Positions 56,228 to 64,000 of a stretch of 64,000 nt of DNA are shown piece by piece (position 1 is the stretch's first letter; each line of letters opens with the position of its first letter). Source of the DNA: Dehalococcoidia bacterium (GTDB lineage: Bacteria; Chloroflexota; Dehalococcoidia; Lucifugimonadales; Lucifugimonadaceae); assembly GCA_965200065.1 (NCBI GenBank), contig CBDATF010000001.1, forward strand, positions 986,012 through 1,050,011, written 5' to 3'. Both the position numbers and the translations under genes were made by a program. The notes under the pieces were generated by a model, which saw only the letters and a list, made by a program, of their open reading frames with translations, did not search any database and was not told where the DNA came from.

Positions 56228-57796
56228 TTACGCGTATGATGCTAACGCACGAAATGCCCTCGGCAGATAGGTGATGACATCTGCGGCAGTCATGGCATAT
56301 GAAGTTAATTCATCGCGCGCCATGCCAGCACTCTGCGAGTGGAGATGCACGGCAAGTGATGCGGCATCGAATGGACGCATTTTCGCCGCCAAGCCGGTCA
56401 CCAGTCCTGCCAGCACATCGCCGCTCCCTCCGCGCGCTAAGCCGTCGTTGGGCATCATGTTTATCCGGAGCCGGCCGGATGGCGATGCGATGAACGTCGT
56501 CGCGCCTTTGAGGATGGCGATGCAGTTGAACTTCCTTGCCGCCGTCTCGACGGCACCTACGCGATCTTTTTCGACGTCGGCAATCGATACGCCCAACAGC
56601 CGCGACATCTCGCCCGGATGGGGAGTGATGATTAAATCGCCCTCAAACACCTCCCACCATGCGTCGATGCGCGACACAATAGTTAATCCGTCAGCATCGA
56701 AAACCGCAGTCCGCCCCGCCCACAATTCACGTTCCGACAGCAACATCGACACCAACTTATGCGCCCCTGTTGAGAGCCCTAAACCAGTGCCGACCAGCAC
56801 CGAATCTACATTCAGCAAATTGTCATGCAACGCCTCGTATGCCGTTTCTGCTTCGATGCCCTCGCTGTCTTCAGGCAAGGGAAGGTATGTAGCTTCGGGT
56901 ATGTGCCCGGCGAGAGCTTGATATGCGCTGGTGGATGTTGCCAATGCCACCAGTCCGACGCCGGAGCGTACACATGCCCGTGTCGCCAGTGCAGCCGCGC
57001 CAACATACTGTCTTGAGCCGGCAATCAGCAGGGCACGTCCGAAATCGCCCTTGTGTGCAGTACGCGTTCGTTGCGGAAGTATCGAACGTGCCAGGCTTGC
57101 ATCGTTCACTTCGCGATTGATGTGCGAGGTCAGGTGAGCAGGCATACCAACGTCCAGCGCGATCATTTCGGTGCCGTAGCACCCATCGCCGAAGCGGGAT
57201 GCGAGACCTAGTTTATGCAGTCCGACTGCCAGAGATACATCGGCCGGCAAGCCATTGGTATCGAACACACCTGTATCTGGATGCGCGCCGCTGGGCATAT
57301 CTATCGCTATTATTCTGACGCCACTTTCTCTGATGATGCTGAAGATGGTTGATATCGGTTCCTGGATAGCCCTTGAAATGTTGAAACCAAATACGCCGTC
57401 AAGGATCAGATTTGACTTGGAGCATATGTCGGATAGGGCGTCCACGTTCTCGCCGTTGTGCAGGTCGATAATCGTGCCACCAACGTCAACGATCGGCTTC
57501 AAAAGCGGGTCGTCTGCATCGCGTTGCAGGACGAGTGCGATGGTGCAGTTGATGTCCTCGTTGAGCAGGTGGCGCGCCGCTACCAGCGCATCGCCGCCGT
57601 TGTTTCCTTTGCCGACAAGAATGAGTACATGCGCACCGTCCGTCAGATCGTTCAGGTCCTGCAGGATCCAATCTGCGATGGCACGTCCTACCCGTTCCAT
57701 CAGTTCTTCCAGCGTGATGTCTCCGGACGCGAACCATCGGTTCTCGATTTCGATCATTTCAGAAGCGGTAACGACTTTTGCCACGACGGTCGGCAT
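56228..57796 (-). CDS. nnr: Bifunctional NAD(P)H-hydrate repair enzyme (epimerase / ADP-dependent dehydratase)
   Basis: 522 aa. YjeF_N half (ILVGKGNNGGDALVAAR). Carbohydrate-kinase half (GDFGRALLIAGS, GSGDVLAG). Confidence 0.9.
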   Translation of the reverse strand: MPTVVAKVVTASEMIEIENRWFASGDITLEELMERVGRAIADWILQDLNDLTDGAHVLILVGKGNNGGDALVAARHLLNEDINCTIALVLQRDADDPLLKPIVDVGGTIIDLHNGENVDALSDICSKSNLILDGVFGFNISRAIQEPISTIFSIIRESGVRIIAIDMPSGAHPDTGVFDTNGLPADVSLAVGLHKLGLASRFGDGCYGTEMIALDVGMPAHLTSHINREVNDASLARSILPQRTRTAHKGDFGRALLIAGSRQYVGAAALATRACVRSGVGLVALATSTSAYQALAGHIPEATYLPLPEDSEGIEAETAYEALHDNLLNVDSVLVGTGLGLSTGAHKLVSMLLSERELWAGRTAVFDADGLTIVSRIDAWWEVFEGDLIITPHPGEMSRLLGVSIADVEKDRVGAVETAARKFNCIAILKGATTFIASPSGRLRINMMPNDGLARGGSGDVLAGLVTGLAAKMRPFDAASLAVHLHSQSAGMARDELTSYAMTAADVITYLPRAFRALASYA

Positions 57797-57808
57797 GATG
57801 CGGAGTGT

Positions 57809-58192
57809 TTACGGTCGCCACGCGTCGTCGTGAGCTTCGAGCACTACAGAAGCGACGGCGAACTCTCTGGAATGTGTCAGACTGAGTGCGATTCGTTTGA
57901 CGCCCATCTTTTCGGCACGTTCACGTGCCGGGCCATGCAAGGTGATCTCTGGCGGACCGCCGCGTCGCCGCGTTACTTCAATCGATTTCCATGGAATTCC
58001 GCGCACGCCGGTACCCAAGGCCTTCATCATCGCCTCTTTAGCTGCGAATCGACTGGCCAGCTGGGGCGCACGGTTTCTCGCATAGCGACGTTCGCCTGGG
58101 GTGTAGATCTTTTTCAGGAAGCGAACCGGGTAGCGATCGCGCACGCCTGCGATGCGTTCAATCTCAATCAGGTCGACACCGGTGTATATCAT
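57809..58192 (-). CDS. acpS: Holo-[acyl-carrier-protein] synthase
   Basis: MIYTGVDLIEIERI...FAAKEAMMKALG... is the typical AcpS pattern. ATG 58192 is preferred over the 7-codon-longer ORF start at 58213. Confidence 0.9.
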   Translation of the reverse strand: MIYTGVDLIEIERIAGVRDRYPVRFLKKIYTPGERRYARNRAPQLASRFAAKEAMMKALGTGVRGIPWKSIEVTRRRGGPPEITLHGPARERAEKMGVKRIALSLTHSREFAVASVVLEAHDDAWRP

Positions 58193-58301
58193 GGTTTTGA
58201 GGGCACAATGCACGGCCAGGTTGTTCTGGGTAGAACCGCGTTATTCAGCGTCTGCAAAATGATAAACCGGCCTAGCAACAATATCCGGATCGCAACGACA
58301 C

Positions 58302-59186
58302 ATGACAGCACGCATCATCAGCGGTAACGAAATCGCCAAGAAGGTTCACTCGGAAGTCGCCGTTAAGGTTGATGACTTCCGCAACCAATTCGGCAAGTCT
58401 CCCGGATTGGCAGTAGTACTGGTCGGGGACGACCCGGCATCGCATTCGTATGTGCGACGGAAAGAGCGGGCATGTGAAGAAGTGGGCATCGTGACCGAGA
58501 CGTTGCGCATTGATGCCGATGTGTGCGCCGAACACGTCGCTGGAGTAGTTGCCGACCTGAACGTGGATGCTCGTTATCACGGCATCCTCGTGCAGCTGCC
58601 GCTTCCCGGACATATCGATTCCGACGCGATCATCAACGGACTGTCGCCCATCAAGGACGTAGACGGTCTGCATTCCCAAAATGCAGGACTGCTGTCGCTC
58701 GGAAATCCGCGCTTCGTGCCGGCCACGCCTTTGGGCGTTCAGAGGATGCTGATTGAAGAGCAGGTCGAAGTGAATGGTGCAGAAGTAGTCATTATTGGCC
58801 GCAGCGCGCTGGTCGGGCGACCACTCGCGCTCCTACTATCGCAACGCGGTGCCGGTGCCAACGCTACCATCACGATCTGCCACACAGGTACGAAAGACTT
58901 GGCAGCGCACACTCGGCGTGCCGAAATACTTATCGCGGCCGCCGGCGCGCCGGAGACGGTTACTGCGGACATGGTGAAAGACGGTGCCGTCGTCATCGAT
59001 GTCGGCGTCTCTCGAGTAGAGGATTCATCTCGACGTAGCGGTTACCGATTGACTGGTGACGTCGTCTATGAGACGGTGAAAGAGAAAGCATCTGCCATCA
59101 CGCCGGTGCCTGGTGGTGTCGGGCCGATGACGGTGGCGATGTTGCTGGAGAACGTGGTTCTAGCCGCGAAACTTCAAAACGAGTGA
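58302..59186 (+). CDS. folD: Bifunctional 5,10-methylene-THF dehydrogenase / methenyl-THF cyclohydrolase
   Basis: 294 aa with GLAVVLVGDDPASHSYV, ILVQLPLP, VVIIGRSALVGRP and PVPGGVGPMT. Confidence 0.95.
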   Translation: MTARIISGNEIAKKVHSEVAVKVDDFRNQFGKSPGLAVVLVGDDPASHSYVRRKERACEEVGIVTETLRIDADVCAEHVAGVVADLNVDARYHGILVQLPLPGHIDSDAIINGLSPIKDVDGLHSQNAGLLSLGNPRFVPATPLGVQRMLIEEQVEVNGAEVVIIGRSALVGRPLALLLSQRGAGANATITICHTGTKDLAAHTRRAEILIAAAGAPETVTADMVKDGAVVIDVGVSRVEDSSRRSGYRLTGDVVYETVKEKASAITPVPGGVGPMTVAMLLENVVLAAKLQNE

Positions 59187-59318
59187 TATCGAAGAGTTAG
59201 CAAAACTCAAGGGCGCGATGCTTTTGGTATAGAATCGGTTTCTACTGCAACTGTTATTTCGTCTGTCAGAGTGGATGTTGCGCGGTTGCGCTTACGGAGA
59301 GCGACTACTTTACACAAG

Positions 59319-60407
59319 ATGGATCCAATCGCCAAACCCAGGATCGCCGTTTCGGGATTAGTACGAGAGTCAGCGGAGGCTTCACCGATCAAGATAGCCA
59401 GCAGCAACGGTATCGATGCTTCAACCTCATCTTTCATCGCTGAGAGCAGAGACCGTGCGGAGCTTCTGGAGATGTATCGGTTGATGTTGCTCATTCGTCG
59501 CTTCGAGGAGACGTGCGGAGAACACTACTCGCGCGGCAACATTCGCGGATTTCTGCACCTCTACATCGGGCAAGAAGCGACCGGCGTCGGATCCATCACG
59601 GCGTTAGAGCCCAGAGACTACATCGTCACCCACTACCGAGATCATGGTCATGCCATCGCGCGCGGTCTCGACACCAATCGTGTCATGGCTGAGATGTTCG
59701 GCAAACGCACCGGCGTCTGTAAGGGCAAGGGTGGCTCGATGCACATCTTTGATGGTGCCAAACACTTCATGGGCGGTCACGCAATCGTCGGCGCACAGTT
59801 ACCTCTCGCCGCCGGATTGGCATTAGCCCAGCAATATCAGGAAACCGATGTAGTGACGATGGTCTTTTTCGGCGACGGCGCGACCAATCAGGGTGCCTTC
59901 CACGAGACCTTGAATCTCGCATCAGTCTGGCATTTGCCGATCATCTTCTTTATGGAAAACAATCTCTACGGCATGGGCTCAGCAATAGGACGGGTACGTC
60001 TACGCGGGGCCGATTTCATCGACTCCATGGCGGCATACGACATCGATACAGTATCGGTTGACGGTATGGATGTAGCAGCGGTTCGCGAGGCTACAGAGAC
60101 AGCAGTAAACCAAGTTCGGGCTCAAGGGAGCCCGATTTTTATTGAAGCGAAAACCTTCCGATTCGTAGGACACTCCTTTGCCGACCCTGGCGACCAGTAC
60201 CGCGAGCGTACGGAAGTCGATAGGTGGCGACTGCGCGACCCGCTGACAACATTCCCAGCCCACCTGCTCGAATCTGGCGTATCAACTCAATCGGAACTTG
60301 ATGCTATCGCTTCCAGCGTTGAGGACGAGATTGCAGCGGCGGTTGAATTCGCATCCAACAGCCCGGACCCGGACCTTGATGAAGCTTTCGATGATGTCTA
60401 TGCTTAG
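59319..60407 (+). CDS. pdhA: Pyruvate (2-oxoacid) dehydrogenase E1 component, alpha subunit
   Basis: YRLMLLIRRFEE...GFLHLYIGQEA and the ThDP motif GDGATNQGAFHETLNLASVWHLPIIFFMENN. The start is uncertain: GTG 59271, ATG 59319, or ATG 59472 (which has GGAG 9 nt upstream). Confidence 0.85.
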   Translation: MDPIAKPRIAVSGLVRESAEASPIKIASSNGIDASTSSFIAESRDRAELLEMYRLMLLIRRFEETCGEHYSRGNIRGFLHLYIGQEATGVGSITALEPRDYIVTHYRDHGHAIARGLDTNRVMAEMFGKRTGVCKGKGGSMHIFDGAKHFMGGHAIVGAQLPLAAGLALAQQYQETDVVTMVFFGDGATNQGAFHETLNLASVWHLPIIFFMENNLYGMGSAIGRVRLRGADFIDSMAAYDIDTVSVDGMDVAAVREATETAVNQVRAQGSPIFIEAKTFRFVGHSFADPGDQYRERTEVDRWRLRDPLTTFPAHLLESGVSTQSELDAIASSVEDEIAAAVEFASNSPDPDLDEAFDDVYA

Positions 60408-60445
60408 GCAGCACCGAATCGACGAATTGCGATTGAGTGGGTTAA

Positions 60446-61423
60446 ATGGCTGAGCAGACGATACGTGAAGCGATAACGTTCGGTCTTGCCGAAGCGCTCG
60501 AAGCGGACGACCGTATCTTCCTGATGGGTGAGGACATCGGCGAGTACGGCGGTGCTTATTCGGTCACTAAGGGCTTCATCGAGAAGTATGGCGAGAAGCG
60601 CATCAAGGATACCCCTATCTCAGAGGCGGCATTTGTGGGTGCAGGCATTGGCGCGGCGGCGGCGGGACTGCGACCGGTAGTGGAACTGATGTCGATTAGC
60701 TTCTCACTCGTCGCATTCGATCAGATAGTCAACATGGCCGCCAATATCCGCTACATGTCTGGCGGACAGATCAAGGTGCCGATGGTGATCCGCGCACCGA
60801 CTGGCGCGGGAGTGCAGCTTGGAGCGACGCACTCGCAGAGTTTCGAGACGTGGTTGGCAGAGGTGCCCGGCATGTACTGCGTGTGTCCATCTAACCCCAA
60901 GGACGCGCTGGGACTGCTTCGCAGCGCTATCAAGTCGGAAAACCCAGTCGTATATGCCGAACATTCTCATCTGTACGGCTCTCGAGGCGATGTGCCGGAA
61001 GAGTATTATGAAACGCCACTCGGAAAGGCGAAAATCACTCGGACGGGAGAGGATATAACTCTCGTGTCTTACGGCTACGGCGTCAAGATTTTGCACGAGG
61101 CGGCAGAGGTATTTGCGAGTAACGGCATTGATGCTGAAATCATCGACCTGCGCTCATTGCATCCGGTCGATTACGATACCGTCGTAGGCTCGGTTCAGAA
61201 GACCGGCAGAGCGTTGATGCTGGACACGGCGCGTCGCATGGGCGGCATGATGAGCGAAGTCGTAGTCGAAGTGCAGGAACGCGCCATGGATTGGCTCGAC
61301 GGTCCGATCATTCATGCCGGTTCCAAGGATGTTCCGTGGCCCTACAATCGCGACCTTGAACAATACGTGCTGCCTGATGTAGACGATGTCGTTGAGGCGG
61401 CGCGCAAGACGATCGAGTTTTAG
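60446..61423 (+). CDS. pdhB: Pyruvate (2-oxoacid) dehydrogenase E1 component, beta subunit
   Basis: 325 aa with FLMGEDIGEYGGAYSVTKG...IKDTPISEAAFVGAGIGAA, a transketolase-like Pyr domain plus C-terminal domain. Confidence 0.95.
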   Translation: MAEQTIREAITFGLAEALEADDRIFLMGEDIGEYGGAYSVTKGFIEKYGEKRIKDTPISEAAFVGAGIGAAAAGLRPVVELMSISFSLVAFDQIVNMAANIRYMSGGQIKVPMVIRAPTGAGVQLGATHSQSFETWLAEVPGMYCVCPSNPKDALGLLRSAIKSENPVVYAEHSHLYGSRGDVPEEYYETPLGKAKITRTGEDITLVSYGYGVKILHEAAEVFASNGIDAEIIDLRSLHPVDYDTVVGSVQKTGRALMLDTARRMGGMMSEVVVEVQERAMDWLDGPIIHAGSKDVPWPYNRDLEQYVLPDVDDVVEAARKTIEF

Positions 61424-61481
61424 GTAGCTTCCTAGCGACCGATCTGAATATCACGGTTCTAATTTCTGAAGGAGTTTAGAG

Positions 61482-62777
61482 TTGATCCACGAAGTCACGA
61501 TGCCAGCGATGGGTGCTGATATGACTGAAGGCACCATTGTGAAGTGGTTGAAGAGCGAAGGCGACGAGGTGGCCCGTGGGGATAAACTCGCCGAGATCGA
61601 AACCGATAAGACGGTCGTCGAGATGGAGGCATACAGCGCCGGCATCTTGCGCCGCATCGTCATCGGCGACGGCACCAAGACGCCAGTCGGTTCTCTGCTT
61701 GCCTACATCGGCGATGCTGACGACGAGCTACCCACCATCGACGATGGGCCGGAAGCAGAACCTGAGCCGGCAGACGAGCCCGAACCGGAAGCCGAGATCG
61801 AAGTAGAGGCCGAACCAGTTGCAGTTGAGCCGGTCGCAGTGCCTGAAGCCGCGCCAGCTCCGGAACCGGTAGCCGCGGCTCCTCCTGCGCCGACGGTAGA
61901 GGGAGGACGCGTCAAGGCATCACCAATCGCACGTCGTCTGGCGCGTGAAAAGGGATACGATATCGCAGCGATACCGGGAACGGGATCTGGTGGCCGCATA
62001 ACCCGCGACGATGTGCTTGGATATACGCCCGCGCCGGCATTCGCGCCATCTGCAGTCGCAACGTCAGCACCATCAGTGACTATCGATGCTTCCGACATCG
62101 AGCTGACGACGATGCGGCAGGCCATCGCGCGCGTAACCCGGCGTAGCAAGACGGAAGCGCCGCATTACTACGTGACCACAGCCGTGGATATGACCGAAGC
62201 GATGTCATTCCGGTCGCAACTGAATGCTGAACTTGAAGAATCGGGCGTACGGGTCTCTGTCAACGACATGATTATCAAGGCGTTGGCAATGGCGATAGTG
62301 AAGCACCCGAAGTGGAATACGACCTACATGGAAGACCGCTTGCAGGGTAGCGACAGCGTCAACATCGGTGTCGCGATTGCGCTGGAGGCGGGATTGATAG
62401 TGCCCGCGCTGATCGGTGTGCACAACATGAGCCTCGTCGATATTGCGAATGCATCCAAAGATCTTGGCCGGCGCGCACGTGGCGAGGGTGGCACGTTGAC
62501 GCAAGAGGAGTTGACGGCGGGCACCTTTTCGACATCGAATCTTGGTATGTTCGGCATCGACACCTTTGCGGCCATCATTGTCCCGCCACAAGCGGGAATC
62601 CTGGCCGTCGGAGCCGTGAAGCCGACACCGGTCGTTGTGAATGGCGAGATAGTGGTGCGACAGACGATGAACGCTACGGTATCGGCCGACCACCGGGTAG
62701 GCGACGGTGCCGAAGCGGCGATACTGGTTAACGAGGTGAAAGCCAACCTCGAGCGACCTCTGCGTCTCATATTGTGA
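61482..62777 (+). CDS. Dihydrolipoamide acyltransferase (E2 component)
   Basis: 431 aa. Lipoyl domain (IETDKTVVEMEA). Ala/Pro/Glu-rich linker. Subunit-binding domain (ASPIARRLAREKGYD). Catalytic SADHRVGDGAEAA. Confidence 0.9.
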   Translation: MIHEVTMPAMGADMTEGTIVKWLKSEGDEVARGDKLAEIETDKTVVEMEAYSAGILRRIVIGDGTKTPVGSLLAYIGDADDELPTIDDGPEAEPEPADEPEPEAEIEVEAEPVAVEPVAVPEAAPAPEPVAAAPPAPTVEGGRVKASPIARRLAREKGYDIAAIPGTGSGGRITRDDVLGYTPAPAFAPSAVATSAPSVTIDASDIELTTMRQAIARVTRRSKTEAPHYYVTTAVDMTEAMSFRSQLNAELEESGVRVSVNDMIIKALAMAIVKHPKWNTTYMEDRLQGSDSVNIGVAIALEAGLIVPALIGVHNMSLVDIANASKDLGRRARGEGGTLTQEELTAGTFSTSNLGMFGIDTFAAIIVPPQAGILAVGAVKPTPVVVNGEIVVRQTMNATVSADHRVGDGAEAAILVNEVKANLERPLRLIL

Positions 62778-62839
62778 GTGCAGGTCTGCTTTAGCGTCGA
62801 TAGTCAATGTGTTCATACCTGCATAGCTGGTGATGCGGG

Positions 62840-64000
62840 GTGTACGCGCGTGAATCATTCACTGATGCCGAACGCTCGATTCTGAGTCGTTTCTTCACGA
62901 ATGACGATCTTCCCGTCTTCGCGCTTATAAACCTGCCGGAGATCGTAAAGGGCGCGCTATTCGCTCGGTACAGCCGGACGCACATGTCTCTGCGTCGACT
63001 TTTCCTTGCAGAGTTCTATGAGCAACCGGATGTCGGAGTAGCCGCGATTGCAGATCAACTTGACGATGCATCGCCACAGGGCGAGCGAAGAGCAGAGCAG
63101 CTGTACGAGCGTGTATTCGTCGACTATGGCGACGATTCGGTGGCACAACTCGGCGCGGCTCATCTGGCGTGTGAACAGGCGTCGGCTATCCTGACCAAAT
63201 TTCTCGAAAGAGGACGCTTAGCGGCATATCTGGAGCAGAGCACTCGCTACATCTACTTCGATGAGAAGCTGCAATCTGCCGATGGCGATGCGCGATATCG
63301 TTATCAGATACCGCCGGAAATCGCCGATGGTCCCTTGAATGAACGATACCAGCAAGCGATGGATAGTCTCTTTGAGTGCTACTCGCTCGTAGTGCATTCG
63401 CTGAATGACTACTTTTTTGCCAGATTTCCCCGCAAGCGAAATCAGAGCCCAACCGCTTATCGACGCGCTATCAGGGCGAGGGCCTGCGACACTGCGCGCG
63501 GTCTGTTGCCGGCATCGACGCTATCGAATGTGGGTATTTTCGCAACCGGTCAGGCGTATGAAGCAATGTTGTTGCGCATGAACGCGAGCCCTCTTGCTGA
63601 GGCGCGCGAATACTCCCAGATGATGCTGGGCGAATTGCGCAAAGTCATTGGCGGCTTTCTCTCACGAGTCGACGTTGAAGATCGTGGCATTGCATGGAGC
63701 GACTACTTCAGCAGTGTTGCCAAAGAGATGGATGCATTCATCGGAGAGGATGAAATCGATTCGGAGCGAAAGTCGGATTTTGACATCAAGCGAGATGAGG
63801 TGCGGCTGATCGATTGGGACCGGGGAGCGGAGATCAAAGTCGTTGCCGCGGCGCTGTATCCATACTCTTCGTTGTCTGAAAAATCGCTGCTGGAACGTGT
63901 CAGAGAGATGAGCATTGAGGAACGTACCCAAGTCATTGCCACCTACATCGGACAGCGGAATAACCGGCGTCACAAACCAGGTCGTGGGATGGAGCGCATC
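62840..64000 (+). CDS. ThyX-like (long-form thymidylate synthase complementing protein family) protein, N-terminal part; 3' end outside the window
   Basis: This ORF is not in the supplied track because it runs off the window. The frame opens after TGA 62831-62833; GTG 62840 is the first start and the frame is still open at 64000. My translation begins MYARESFTDAERSILSRFFTNDDLPVFALINLPEIVKGALFARYSRTHMSLRRLFLAEF... and continues ...LPASTLSNVGIFATGQAYEAMLLRM, which I recognise from long ThyX-like proteins. The canonical RHR...S motif is not seen in the part inside the window. Confidence 0.55.
   Translation, partial: MYARESFTDAERSILSRFFTNDDLPVFALINLPEIVKGALFARYSRTHMSLRRLFLAEFYEQPDVGVAAIADQLDDASPQGERRAEQLYERVFVDYGDDSVAQLGAAHLACEQASAILTKFLERGRLAAYLEQSTRYIYFDEKLQSADGDARYRYQIPPEIADGPLNERYQQAMDSLFECYSLVVHSLNDYFFARFPRKRNQSPTAYRRAIRARACDTARGLLPASTLSNVGIFATGQAYEAMLLRMNASPLAEAREYSQMMLGELRKVIGGFLSRVDVEDRGIAWSDYFSSVAKEMDAFIGEDEIDSERKSDFDIKRDEVRLIDWDRGAEIKVVAAALYPYSSLSEKSLLERVREMSIEERTQVIATYIGQRNNRRHKPGRGMERI

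Noticed and set aside
59207-59494. 95-aa minus-strand ORF with two hydrophobic stretches, between folD and pdhA (possible small membrane protein).
   Set aside because: It overlaps the possible 5' extension of pdhA. It has no RBS that I can see and no motif. It cannot be separated from the uncertainty about the pdhA start (59271, 59319 or 59472). I left it unannotated, but Ribo-seq or conservation analysis could revisit it.

Overview
This 64-kb window is a bacterial chromosomal segment, and most of it is densely packed core metabolism. I found no rRNA, tRNA, CRISPR array, transposase or integrase by reading it.

Identifiable blocks, left to right:
- PrpD-like, ThDP-enzyme and cupin genes.
- A divergent nickel superoxide dismutase and maturation protease pair (sodN/sodX).
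- A long minus-strand tetrapyrrole operon: AhbA/B-like siroheme decarboxylase, sirC, hemC, cobA-hemD, hemB. An aquaglyceroporin and arsC follow on the same strand.
- The three-enzyme squalene route hpnC/hpnD/hpnE with a prenyl-diphosphate synthase.
- Divergent hsp20 and clp genes.
- ispDF, cysS, secG, gatB and pcm.
- sufBCD-sufU.
- An accessory stretch at about 28-54 kb. It holds a Pro/Thr-tethered orphan solute-binding lipoprotein, a sugar epimerase, a frameshifted MmeI-family type IIL restriction-modification gene, dehydrogenases, a tandem-ABM protein, an MFS transporter, a duplicated ABC-2 exporter, an amidohydrolase, an NYN-domain protein, a TolB-like lipoprotein, an LLM oxidoreductase, an M20 peptidase, an AlkD-like protein, a sulfatase and an ACAD-fold protein.
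- A cofactor-maintenance operon (acpS, nnr, unknown, coaBC, unknown).
- folD, pdhA/pdhB/E2, and an open-ended ThyX-like ORF that the ORF track does not list.

I did not find a convincing multi-gene novel system. The best candidates for a second look are:
- the solitary split MmeI-like gene;
- the siroheme-branch haem operon;
- the swapped CIRCE-like repeats between hsp20 and clp;
- the NYN protein with an Arg/Ser-rich tail behind a 378-bp repeat-bearing leader;
- two unknown proteins embedded in the CoA/NAD(P)HX-repair operon.

The gene content suggests a marine Chloroflexota-like (for example SAR202-type) organism. That is inference only.
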